NCBI GenBank assembly: GCA_040388415.1
Contig: JAZKBV010000003.1
Location: forward strand, 47,571-111,570
Reading direction: 5' to 3'
Length of the DNA stretch: 64,000 nt
Source of the DNA: Patescibacteria group bacterium
GTDB taxonomy: Bacteria; Patescibacteriota; Minisyncoccia; Phycocordibacterales; PALSA-1337
In this document: in pieces, positions 39,169 through 47,636 of the stretch
How positions within the stretch are numbered: position 1 is the stretch's first letter
Layout: the number at the start of each line of letters is the position of its first letter
Translations under genes and position numbers: made by a program
The notes under the pieces: generated by a model
Database searches by the model: none
Seen by the model: only the letters and a program-made list of their open reading frames with translations
What the model was told of the DNA's origin: nothing

Positions 39169-39950
39169 TTGGTGTAGCCTATAATGCTTACGATACAAGA
39201 CTTTATGAAACTTTTCATTCTTTTTGCTTTATATAGCAAGAGCAGGGCATGTTTGTGTCTTATCTTATGTTTTTTCAGCACATAGGCATACTCAGTCTCT
39301 CTCCGTTTCGTTGGGCTCGAATTGCCCATTTGGTTTTCGTGAACGCGTATAGCTATATCGACGCTGCCCAAGATTTTCGGGTTACCATAAAGGTTAAAAA
39401 GCGCGCGATAAAAATCAAGATCTTGCCACCAGATCAAGTTCGTATCAAATAAAGGGATGCTCGGGCTATTTTTTATAGTGACCACGGATGGCGCGCTCAC
39501 GGTATTTTTTTCTAGTATTTTTTCTCCATTAAAGCGAGGGTGGAACTCTCTAAAATAATTCGCTCCATCTTTTGTATGGATGCAGGCTGTTATAAGCCAT
39601 GCATCTTTTGCTAGGTCAAAATTATCGACGATATGTTGGAGCGACTCACTGTGATAAAGGTAGTCATCCAAGAAGAGTATTTTGATCAGTTTCCCGGTTG
39701 CGCGCTTTAGTGCATTATTCGTATTATCCGAAGGTGTTGCCCGAGGGTCTTCCTTGAAATAATGGATATCAAGCCTGTCGCCGTATTCGCGGCACACATC
39801 TTCGATCGCTGTATTTTTTGATTGATCAGAAACAACAATGTCAAAATCTTTGAATGTTTGGATGCACATCATATCGAAGCTGCGCTTTAGATACTGTGCA
39901 CCCTTACCACCCATTTCATATGCCGAGATGCAGATACTGATATGCTTCAT
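39165..39950 (-). CDS. Glycosyltransferase family 2
   Basis: 'QTFKDFDIVVSD', 'NTNNAL..ATG', 'LFLDD', 'PSVV'. Confidence 0.88.
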   Translation of the reverse strand: MKHISICISAYEMGGKGAQYLKRSFDMMCIQTFKDFDIVVSDQSKNTAIEDVCREYGDRLDIHYFKEDPRATPSDNTNNALKRATGKLIKILFLDDYLYHSESLQHIVDNFDLAKDAWLITACIHTKDGANYFREFHPRFNGEKILEKNTVSAPSVVTIKNSPSIPLFDTNLIWWQDLDFYRALFNLYGNPKILGSVDIAIRVHENQMGNSSPTKRRETEYAYVLKKHKIRHKHALLLLYKAKRMKSFIKSCIVSIIGYTK

Positions 39951-40008
39951 TTGTGTTTAGAATACTACTATAAGTTGCGATTTTTGCCCACTTGAAGATT
40001 ATCGAACT

Positions 40009-41628
40009 TTACATGAGAAGCTCGTTGATAATGGATCGTATTTTCTTATCTCTATCTTCTTGATCGCGCACGGTCTTCCAACCTGAAGCGCCGAAGATAT
40101 GCATCCAGTCGCCTATGTATTCTACCTCATCCAATGATAGGTCATTCACGGTCGTCGTGGGATTTTTTTGTTCCCGGATTTTTTTATGCGAATATGCAGG
40201 AAAAATGATCTTTTCTTGTTGAATCTTTGAATAGAACGAGTCCCAATTCATGCCACCAGTATCAACGGCAGTGCCATGTATCCTTCCATTGAGAAAATTC
40301 GCATGTATCCCGTCAAATGCTGATGCAGTATAAAAACAGAATCCAGCCCAGAGATACCACAACGAACCTCTCATCTGGAGATGGCCATATATGCGTTGCG
40401 AATCGAGGTGAGGAACGATGGATGTTTTTCTAATCGGAAAAATGTCATGGTCAAGAAAGCCGAAATAACGTGCGCCTCGCTTGCTCACATAATTTTTGTA
40501 AATCCAGTTGAGCGATGCGCCGTGGGAGGCCGAGCGTGTGAGAGGGTTTTTCGGAAGCTTCACATAAGCCACATTTTCGATTGCGCATAACTCTTTAATT
40601 TCCGCTGCTATTTTTATGTCAGGCGTGTTATCGAATACAGTATAAAAATAAGGATCAGTAAGGTTTTTTCGGAGCAGCTTGATCTGCCACTCGATGACTT
40701 CTTTATTGTTAAAAGCAACGGTGGCAAGGTCGATGACATATTTATTTTTGAGCGGAAGGATATCGCAGTTGATATGGTCGCATGCATTGAAGGGTATGCG
40801 ATAGAAGGCCTGTTCTCTGTATCTCAGGTATATCTTTTTAAAATGGAATCTAGCTTTGCTCATTACTATTCTCAAAATAAATAAGCACATATACCAAAAG
40901 TATACAGGCTGGATTATTTTGTATTTTTTAATCAAAAATGAAAGATATTTTTTTTGTACGTTCATGAGCTCGATGCCTCGCACCCGACTTTCGAAATATG
41001 TGCTTATCTGGTCCGCATGGATCCTTTTCTTGAGCAAGACCTCGGGTACATTTGCGATACATAATCCAGCGCTCATTGCTCGGACGTATAAGTCGTATTC
41101 ATTCTCGTAACGGTATTTTTCAGTATAGGCCAGACTCTTCCTCTCTAGATCGCTTTTACGGATAATGAGAGAAGATGATTCAACTTCATTTTTGAGAAGC
41201 ATTCCGCTGTGAACGTGCGTGACGAACTGAGGATATTTCCTAATCGCATTTCTTGATCCTATCTCTTGGATCTGACTTCCTGCAATGGCTATTTCTGGAT
41301 GAACATCCATGAAATGTACAAGTGTCTCAATTCTTGCAGGATAGCTGATATCATCGGCGTCCATTCTCACGATGTACTCGCCACGCGCCGAGCTTAATCC
41401 CTGGTTGAGCGCTTTAGTGATGCCGGTATTCTTTTCATTCTTTAAATAGGTGATCCGGCGGTCTTTGATCGACGCCACTATTTTTTCTGTCACGTCTAAT
41501 GATCCATCATTGATAATGATCAGTTCAAAATCAGGAAAAGTCTGGTACAGGATGCTGTCGATAGCATCTTTGATATATTTTTTGCCATTGAATACAGGTA
41601 GTATAACCGAAACTTTTGGATTACTCAT
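40009..41628 (-). CDS. GT2 glycosyltransferase fused to a second GT-A-like domain
   Basis: 'VSVILPVFN', 'INDGS', 'RMDADD'; C-term 'SHG..LNW', 'FLDHDIFP', 'DTGG'. Confidence 0.85.
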   Translation of the reverse strand: MSNPKVSVILPVFNGKKYIKDAIDSILYQTFPDFELIIINDGSLDVTEKIVASIKDRRITYLKNEKNTGITKALNQGLSSARGEYIVRMDADDISYPARIETLVHFMDVHPEIAIAGSQIQEIGSRNAIRKYPQFVTHVHSGMLLKNEVESSSLIIRKSDLERKSLAYTEKYRYENEYDLYVRAMSAGLCIANVPEVLLKKRIHADQISTYFESRVRGIELMNVQKKYLSFLIKKYKIIQPVYFWYMCLFILRIVMSKARFHFKKIYLRYREQAFYRIPFNACDHINCDILPLKNKYVIDLATVAFNNKEVIEWQIKLLRKNLTDPYFYTVFDNTPDIKIAAEIKELCAIENVAYVKLPKNPLTRSASHGASLNWIYKNYVSKRGARYFGFLDHDIFPIRKTSIVPHLDSQRIYGHLQMRGSLWYLWAGFCFYTASAFDGIHANFLNGRIHGTAVDTGGMNWDSFYSKIQQEKIIFPAYSHKKIREQKNPTTTVNDLSLDEVEYIGDWMHIFGASGWKTVRDQEDRDKKIRSIINELLM

Positions 41629-41633
41629 GGATG

Positions 41634-42914
41634 TTAAATCGGATTAACTGGAGTAACTGTTGTAGCCTCAAGTGGTTTCTTTCGAATAAAAATGATGATT
41701 TGTAGTCCGAACAGAATAAAGTTCAAGAGTATTTGAGCCCAGAGCAATCCCCAGATGCCATAGAAGTAGAGCAATACTGAAAGCAATAGTATTCTCAGTG
41801 TTGGCATGACAAAGCTGACGATATAGAGCTCTTTCGTTTTGCGTTGAGCAATGAGAGCCATTTGCACGACCGTGGTGACGAGTGAGAAAAAAGATAGGGC
41901 ATAGATCTGCGTATAATGTATAGAATCGACATATGCAGGAAAGAACGTATGGAACGCCCATGGAGCGAACGCCGCATAGCTGCCTTCGCTTACGACGACA
42001 AGGACGACTATGACCCATAGCTTTTTCTTCAAGATATCTTTTACCTGTTCCTCTGATCGGTCTGATAATCTGAGAAGCACGAGGTTTGGAATGAATTTGA
42101 GGATGCCAGAGATCTTTTCTGGTATGATCGTGGCAAATGAATATATAGCGAGAGCGGTTGAGCCGATGAAATGGAAAACAAGCAGAGAGTCGAGCTGTCC
42201 CGCCAATGTTCCAAAGATATTCATTACAGACAGATGGATACCATAGGAAATGGTCTCATTATCTCTTTTTTCGTTTGGCGGAATATGTTTTATGACATAC
42301 AGATATAAGATGAAGTTGGTGAGAAATATGAAAAAGTAGTTTGCCGCCACGATCCAGAGAACATTTCTTGTAAAGTAAAGCGCAAGAAGGATCGGGACGT
42401 AGCTGATTATATTGTTGAAAAGTCCGTAGTATGTACCAATACGAAATAATTTTTTCCCGCCCAGATATGCGACCCACGTATTGAATGCGTTTCCAAGGGG
42501 GAGAAAAATAGCAATCAATATAAATGCTGTTCCGAGCGTATAGTTGCTGTGTATGAAGTACCATGACGATACGCTGAGTCCGAGAACGGCAGGGATGATA
42601 CCTGCCATGAGCTGGAAATGAACCGAATGCTTGAATTCTCCTTCAAATCCACGCGCCACTGCACGAGTGACAGCGCCGTTCATGTTATTGAGTGTTGTTG
42701 CGCCGATGAGCCCTGCAATAGCAAGTATGTATTGATACGTTCCGTAGGCATCTTTGCTCATGTATCGTGCAAACAAGAGCGATCCAGCAAAAGACATGAT
42801 CGTCACTATTGCCATGTTGAAATTGCTCCAAAATGTGCCGCTCGCCAAGTACACCATATCCGTCTTGGTGTACTGCTCTGACCAGCGAAGAAGTGAAATA
42901 AGTCTATTTTTCAT
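41634..42914 (-). CDS. Wzx-like oligosaccharide flippase
   Basis: About 12 TM helices; 'FARY...YG.Y', 'QLD.LL...FIG...LAIYS'; start at MKNRL. Confidence 0.85.
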   Translation of the reverse strand: MKNRLISLLRWSEQYTKTDMVYLASGTFWSNFNMAIVTIMSFAGSLLFARYMSKDAYGTYQYILAIAGLIGATTLNNMNGAVTRAVARGFEGEFKHSVHFQLMAGIIPAVLGLSVSSWYFIHSNYTLGTAFILIAIFLPLGNAFNTWVAYLGGKKLFRIGTYYGLFNNIISYVPILLALYFTRNVLWIVAANYFFIFLTNFILYLYVIKHIPPNEKRDNETISYGIHLSVMNIFGTLAGQLDSLLVFHFIGSTALAIYSFATIIPEKISGILKFIPNLVLLRLSDRSEEQVKDILKKKLWVIVVLVVVSEGSYAAFAPWAFHTFFPAYVDSIHYTQIYALSFFSLVTTVVQMALIAQRKTKELYIVSFVMPTLRILLLSVLLYFYGIWGLLWAQILLNFILFGLQIIIFIRKKPLEATTVTPVNPI

Positions 42915-43028
42915 GCGTTTGACTATGTTGGAAAGGTGATTGTGCAATACTAACATATCTTGCACCAGCTTGTTGAGTATTTGTCGTACATTAAGTATGA
43001 TGTATGAATTACCCATATATAAATTAAT

Positions 43029-45236
43029 ATGCCACTCAAATCCCTTACTCGATTCCTTACGCTTGCACCGCTATTCCTTATACCGTTCTTTCCTTTGATC
43101 GTTGAGAATTCATTCTTCTTTCCATTCATTACCGGCAAAGCTTTCTATTTCCGTATTCTCGTTGAGATCGCTTTTGCTAGTTGGATTATCCTCGCATGTC
43201 TCGACGCAAAGTATCGTCCAAAGATAAACGCACTCACACTCGGCGTCACTGCATTCGCGCTCATCACGCTCGCCGCTGACCTTCTCGGCGTGAACCCGCT
43301 CCGCAGTCTCTGGTCAAACTTTGAGCGTATGGAAGGTTGGATCGTTATCGCGCATCTCTGGATGTTCTTCATGGTCATAACTCATGTATTTGGCGCAGGG
43401 GAGATAGGCAAGAAACTGTGGCGTCAATGGTTGAATGTTTCCCTCGTCGCGTCGCTCTTGGTTGCCTGCTATGGTTTCGCGCAGCTATTTGGTTGGGCTG
43501 AGATCCATCAAGGATCGGTTCGTATCGATGCGTCTCTCGGCAATGCAGCATACATGGCCGTGTATATGCTCATCAGCACTGGATTTGCCGTATTCCTCTT
43601 TTTGGAATCACGAGCGCGCCGCACAGTAAAAAACATCTTTGACCTCAGCGTATTCGAGTGGCTCTACGCTATCGGCGCTCTTGTCTTCGCTTTCTTGCTT
43701 TTTGAAACAGCGACTCGCGGTACTGCATTTGGCTTGATTGGTGGCGCCATGCTCGCCCTCTTCTTGTATGCTCTCCTCGCTGGTCCAACAAAGAAAGCTT
43801 CTCGCATGGTCGCTGGCGGCATCATCGTCGTCATCATGCTTATCGGCGGCGCACTATGGTCAGCGCGCGATACGTCTTTCGTAAAGAATAATCAAGCGCT
43901 CAACCGTCTCACATCCATCACTCTTTCTGAGATACAGACACAAGGCCGCGCCTATATCTGGCCTATGGCAGTAAAAGGATCGCTTGAGCGCCCTGTTCTC
44001 GGTTGGGGCCAGGAAAATTTCAATTATATCTTCAACGCCAACTATAACCCTGCCATGTATAACCAAGAGCAGTGGTTCGATCGCGCGCACAGCGTCTATC
44101 TCGACTGGTTGGTTGCATCTGGCTTCGTAGGTTTGTTGGCATATCTGGCATTATATGTATTCTTCTTGCTCGCTGTATGGAGATCGACTCTCACCATCGC
44201 CGAAAAGAGCGCATTGACTGGCCTTCTTGTTGGTTATGCGATCCACAACGTCTTTGTGTTCGATAACCTTGCGAGCTATGTATCATTTTTCGCCCTTCTC
44301 GGTCTCGGCGCTTCATTGAAGTCAGCAAAGGCACAAGATGTTCCAAAGCCAGTGCGCGAGATAAGTCCTGATATCATCGAATACGTCATTGCACCGCTCT
44401 CGATCATCATTCTTTTGGGCGGGCTCTATATGTTTAATGTTCGTCCGATCCAGGAAAATACTCGTCTGATCGATGCGCTTCGTGCATGTAGTGGTAGCAG
44501 CATGCCTGATGCCACGCTCTTCCAGCGCGCCCTAGATGCAGGGTCATATATGGGCATGCAGGAGATTCGTGAGCAGATATTCTCATGTACGCCAAATGTC
44601 ATTAACTCTCAACAGATACCTGGTCCCACAAAGCAGGCGTTCGGCGAGCTTGCAATGACTGCGATTACGGATCAGATCGCCGCTTCTCCAAAGGATGCTC
44701 GTATATATACTCTCGCTGGTTCATTCCTCGAGCAAGTCGGCTCATTCCAACAAGCTGTTCCATTCCTTGAAACAGCGCACAAGCTTTCTCCTGCAAAGCA
44801 GACCATCGCATTTGCGCTTTCAACGGCATACATCAATATCGGCAAATATGATCAGGCTATCGCATTGCTCAAGCAAGCATATGAATCGGCGACAGAAAAT
44901 GCGGATGCAAAGTCAGCCTATCTCACCGCGCTTATCATCGGAGGACAGGAGTCGCAAGCGAAAGCGCTTTTCGGCAGCATGCCTGAGCTCTTCAATAATG
45001 AACGCGTTGCGCAGGCATACGCATTGAATAAGCAGTACGATAAAGCCATTGCCATTTACAAAAATATCATCGGTACAAGCACTGATCAAGTCAGTACCCA
45101 GTTCAGACTTGCGGAAATACTCTTTAGCGCAGGACGATCATATGAATCAGTCGCGCTTCTGAAAGCGATCGAAACTGCTCATCCAGAGTACAAGGCTCAG
45201 CTCGAAGCTGCTATAAAGCAGATTCAATCAAAATAG
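43029..45236 (+). CDS. O-antigen ligase/O-oligosaccharyltransferase (Wzy_C) family protein with C-terminal TPRs
   Basis: 'ER.EG', 'SLGN', 'TATRG', 'RP.LGWG.ENF', 'FDRAHS..LD.L..G..G'; TPR-like C-terminus. Confidence 0.88.
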   Translation: MPLKSLTRFLTLAPLFLIPFFPLIVENSFFFPFITGKAFYFRILVEIAFASWIILACLDAKYRPKINALTLGVTAFALITLAADLLGVNPLRSLWSNFERMEGWIVIAHLWMFFMVITHVFGAGEIGKKLWRQWLNVSLVASLLVACYGFAQLFGWAEIHQGSVRIDASLGNAAYMAVYMLISTGFAVFLFLESRARRTVKNIFDLSVFEWLYAIGALVFAFLLFETATRGTAFGLIGGAMLALFLYALLAGPTKKASRMVAGGIIVVIMLIGGALWSARDTSFVKNNQALNRLTSITLSEIQTQGRAYIWPMAVKGSLERPVLGWGQENFNYIFNANYNPAMYNQEQWFDRAHSVYLDWLVASGFVGLLAYLALYVFFLLAVWRSTLTIAEKSALTGLLVGYAIHNVFVFDNLASYVSFFALLGLGASLKSAKAQDVPKPVREISPDIIEYVIAPLSIIILLGGLYMFNVRPIQENTRLIDALRACSGSSMPDATLFQRALDAGSYMGMQEIREQIFSCTPNVINSQQIPGPTKQAFGELAMTAITDQIAASPKDARIYTLAGSFLEQVGSFQQAVPFLETAHKLSPAKQTIAFALSTAYINIGKYDQAIALLKQAYESATENADAKSAYLTALIIGGQESQAKALFGSMPELFNNERVAQAYALNKQYDKAIAIYKNIIGTSTDQVSTQFRLAEILFSAGRSYESVALLKAIETAHPEYKAQLEAAIKQIQSK

Positions 45237-45280
45237 CGTCGACGCTATTGCAGCTGCAAGATACTATAGTATAATTGGTC

Positions 45281-45468
45281 TGTGAGTACCCTAGGTGGGC
45301 ACTCTCCAATAAATGTCTCGCAAAGTGCCGCCCTCGGCGGCCTTTTGCGTTAAGAGATAATTTCTTGGTATACTTGAGTGCAGATTGCACCAAATGACGG
45401 CGAGCGGCTGTACTCACATTATATTTAGACATATTATTTGGAGCTCACACCCGCTCGCCATCATTGGG
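45281..45468 (+). ncRNA. Candidate structured RNA (6S-like or cis-regulatory), unassigned; strand uncertain
   Basis: Follows TTGCAG-16 nt-TATAAT; several long complementary segments; no credible ORF. Confidence 0.45.
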
Positions 45469-45502
45469 TACAATTACCACGTTCGTGGATATACCTTAGA
45501 TT

Positions 45503-46597
45503 ATGATTATTCAAGAAAATATATCTCTAGCTCAATATACGACATTCAAGATCGGCGGTTCAGCTCGATTTTTTTGTTTAGTGACGGGCATAGATGAATT
45601 AAAGGAAGCAGTCAAGTTCGCAAAAGAAAAAAACGTACCTTTCTTTGTCCTTGGTGGAGGGTCAAATGTGCTCATCTCAGATGAAGGATTCCATGGCCTG
45701 GTCATAAAGATGGAGATAAAGGGGAAAGTTAAAAGGCAAAAGTTAAAAGGCAAAAATGAAAGTCAAAAGAGTGAAAATATAGAACTTGAGATTGTTTCTG
45801 CTGGCGCAGGAGAAATGTGGGATGATTTTGTCGAATGGACACTTGCTAACGGTTTCAATGGATTGGAAAATCTTTCAGCTATTCCTGGCACTGTCGGCGC
45901 TGCGCCTGTGCAGAATATCGGCGCGTATGGAGCAGAGATCGGACAGTTTGTTTCGAGTGTTCATGCATTTGATACTCATACGATGAAAGAGATTGAATTG
46001 AATGCTCGTGACTGTCATTTCGGTTACAGAAACAGCTTGTTCAAACACGAAAAGGGAAGATATATTGTCACTTGCGTTGATTTTTCTTTGAAGAAAGATG
46101 GGAAGGTGAATGTTGAGTACAGGGATTTGAAGGAGTATTTTAATAAGTTACAAGTGACAAGTGGACCCAGTGGCGAATCTGCTGATTCGAAGGTACAAGA
46201 AATCACACCATCGCAGGTTCGTGAGGCAGTGATTGATATTCGTTGGCATAAATTGCCTGATTGGAATAAGTGGGGCACTGCAGGATCGTTTTTCAAAAAC
46301 CCTGTGGTCACACAAGAAAAGTTTGATGAGTTGAAAGTTAAGTACCCAGCGATGCCGAGCTTCCCCGAGGCTAGTGGCGGCGTCAAAATACCGCTTGGTT
46401 GGATACTCGATAATGTGTGTCATCTCAAAGGCGTTATGACTGGCGGTGTAGGCACCTATGAAAAGCAGGCACTGGTCATCGTCACCAAGCCAGGAGCTAA
46501 AGCAAAAGAGGTAGTCGATTTTACGCATGATTTGATGAAGCAAGTGAAGGACGCGACCGGGATTACGATCGAAGCTGAGGTGGAATGGGTGAATTAG
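45503..46597 (+). CDS. murB: UDP-N-acetylmuramate dehydrogenase
   Basis: 'TTFKIGG', 'LGGGSN', 'GLENLSAIPGTVGAAPVQNIGAYG', 'AGSFFKNP', 'IEAEV'. Confidence 0.96.
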   Translation: MIIQENISLAQYTTFKIGGSARFFCLVTGIDELKEAVKFAKEKNVPFFVLGGGSNVLISDEGFHGLVIKMEIKGKVKRQKLKGKNESQKSENIELEIVSAGAGEMWDDFVEWTLANGFNGLENLSAIPGTVGAAPVQNIGAYGAEIGQFVSSVHAFDTHTMKEIELNARDCHFGYRNSLFKHEKGRYIVTCVDFSLKKDGKVNVEYRDLKEYFNKLQVTSGPSGESADSKVQEITPSQVREAVIDIRWHKLPDWNKWGTAGSFFKNPVVTQEKFDELKVKYPAMPSFPEASGGVKIPLGWILDNVCHLKGVMTGGVGTYEKQALVIVTKPGAKAKEVVDFTHDLMKQVKDATGITIEAEVEWVN

Positions 46598-46616
46598 CCG
46601 AGGTCCGACCTCAGTA

Positions 46617-46644
46617 TTGACATTTACTCAATAAAGCGTAGTTT
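46617..46644 (+). promoter_or_regulatory. Putative sigma70 promoter
   Basis: TTGACA-16 nt-TAGTTT. Confidence 0.55.
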
Positions 46645-46676
46645 TGGTATCAGGTTTGTTCGTTGTCAACAAAACT

Positions 46677-46746
46677 GCTCTGAAAGGAGCTCGCATAAAC
46701 AATGTTTCTGAGAGGAAACATGGCAACACTAATGCCTGAAAGGGCA
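46677..46746 (+). repeat. Three tandem hairpins sharing a TGARAG loop in the 5' leader
   Basis: GCTC-TGAAAG-GAGC, ATGTTTC-TGAGAG-GAAACAT, TGCC-TGAAAG-GGCA. Confidence 0.75.
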
Positions 46747-46762
46747 GAAAGCAGAGGTAGTT

Positions 46763-47557
46763 ATGAAAAATGCAACGCAGGTCCGTAAATTACTGGTTGG
46801 CGACTTGATGCCAAAAGCGGTCACTGATGCAGAGAAGGAAATTCTTGCAACAGTGTTTGATCGTCTCATTGAAGCGCCCGATTGGGCAATTGTCCCGCAG
46901 ATAGTTGTCGAATTGGTTGATTCGACCGCTGATTCAGACTTGTCTGGGTCAATACCGACACGACGGTTGAAAAGCGGGGAATCGATAGAAAATATCTTGG
47001 AGGCACTGATCAATGCGTTTCCAGGACAAGCAGGAAACATGCCCGAAATCGTCCATTTGGCGATGAAAAATATTAACCAGGACAAAAATTTCAAGGATGA
47101 TCTTGGTCAGCATGCAGTCTTAATGACTTTTCTCTTCGAGCTTGCGGATTTTAATGTATTCAAGTTCGATAAGGTGACATTCGATAAACATCTCATTGAG
47201 TTTTTGGGAGAGGGGTTTACGAAGTGCTATTTTAGGAGGTCGCTGATATACAACAATCAGTCGGGTAAACTTTCGAATCATATTGCGAAATTCATCACGA
47301 ACGCTCAGATTTCGCTTAAGACAGACAAAGTAAGTAATCGTTGGGATTCTTTGTTGGGGTTACTGACTATTGCTAGACAGGCATTTCCTGACCACGCTCC
47401 AATGGGTGATGCGTCACTGGAGTATGCACTACTCAACGACTTGTGTTTCAAGATGTTTGGCACGCTATCGCCCATCAAGAAGCTTGATGTTGTTAATGGT
47501 TACTTTAATGCAACCAGTGCGCCAGTTGCTCCCTCGAATGAGCTTGTGACAAAATAA
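46763..47557 (+). CDS. Hypothetical protein (orphan cassette)
   Basis: 264-aa ORF with GAGGT SD, own promoter and terminator. Confidence 0.7.
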   Translation: MKNATQVRKLLVGDLMPKAVTDAEKEILATVFDRLIEAPDWAIVPQIVVELVDSTADSDLSGSIPTRRLKSGESIENILEALINAFPGQAGNMPEIVHLAMKNINQDKNFKDDLGQHAVLMTFLFELADFNVFKFDKVTFDKHLIEFLGEGFTKCYFRRSLIYNNQSGKLSNHIAKFITNAQISLKTDKVSNRWDSLLGLLTIARQAFPDHAPMGDASLEYALLNDLCFKMFGTLSPIKKLDVVNGYFNATSAPVAPSNELVTK

Positions 47558-47572
47558 AAACTCCTTTCTCAC

Positions 47573-47604
47573 ACCCACCCTGGTTCGCAGGAGTGGGTTT
47601 TTTT
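47573..47604 (+). terminator. Intrinsic terminator
   Basis: ACCCAC-CCTG-GTTCG-CAGG-A-GTGGGT followed by a T-run. Confidence 0.8.
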
Positions 47605-47636
47605 ATTGTCTCAAATATGCTAAAGTGCCTGTTACT

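Noticed and set aside
45281-45468. tmRNA, RNase P RNA or SRP RNA
   Set aside because: Their conserved motifs (tRNA-like ends, GAGGAAAGUCC, the SRP GGAA loop context) were not found on either strand.
46720-46788. 22-codon ORF in the cassette leader as a real gene
   Set aside because: Its SD and ATG are part of a hairpin and nothing else supports it; it cannot be excluded as a regulatory uORF.
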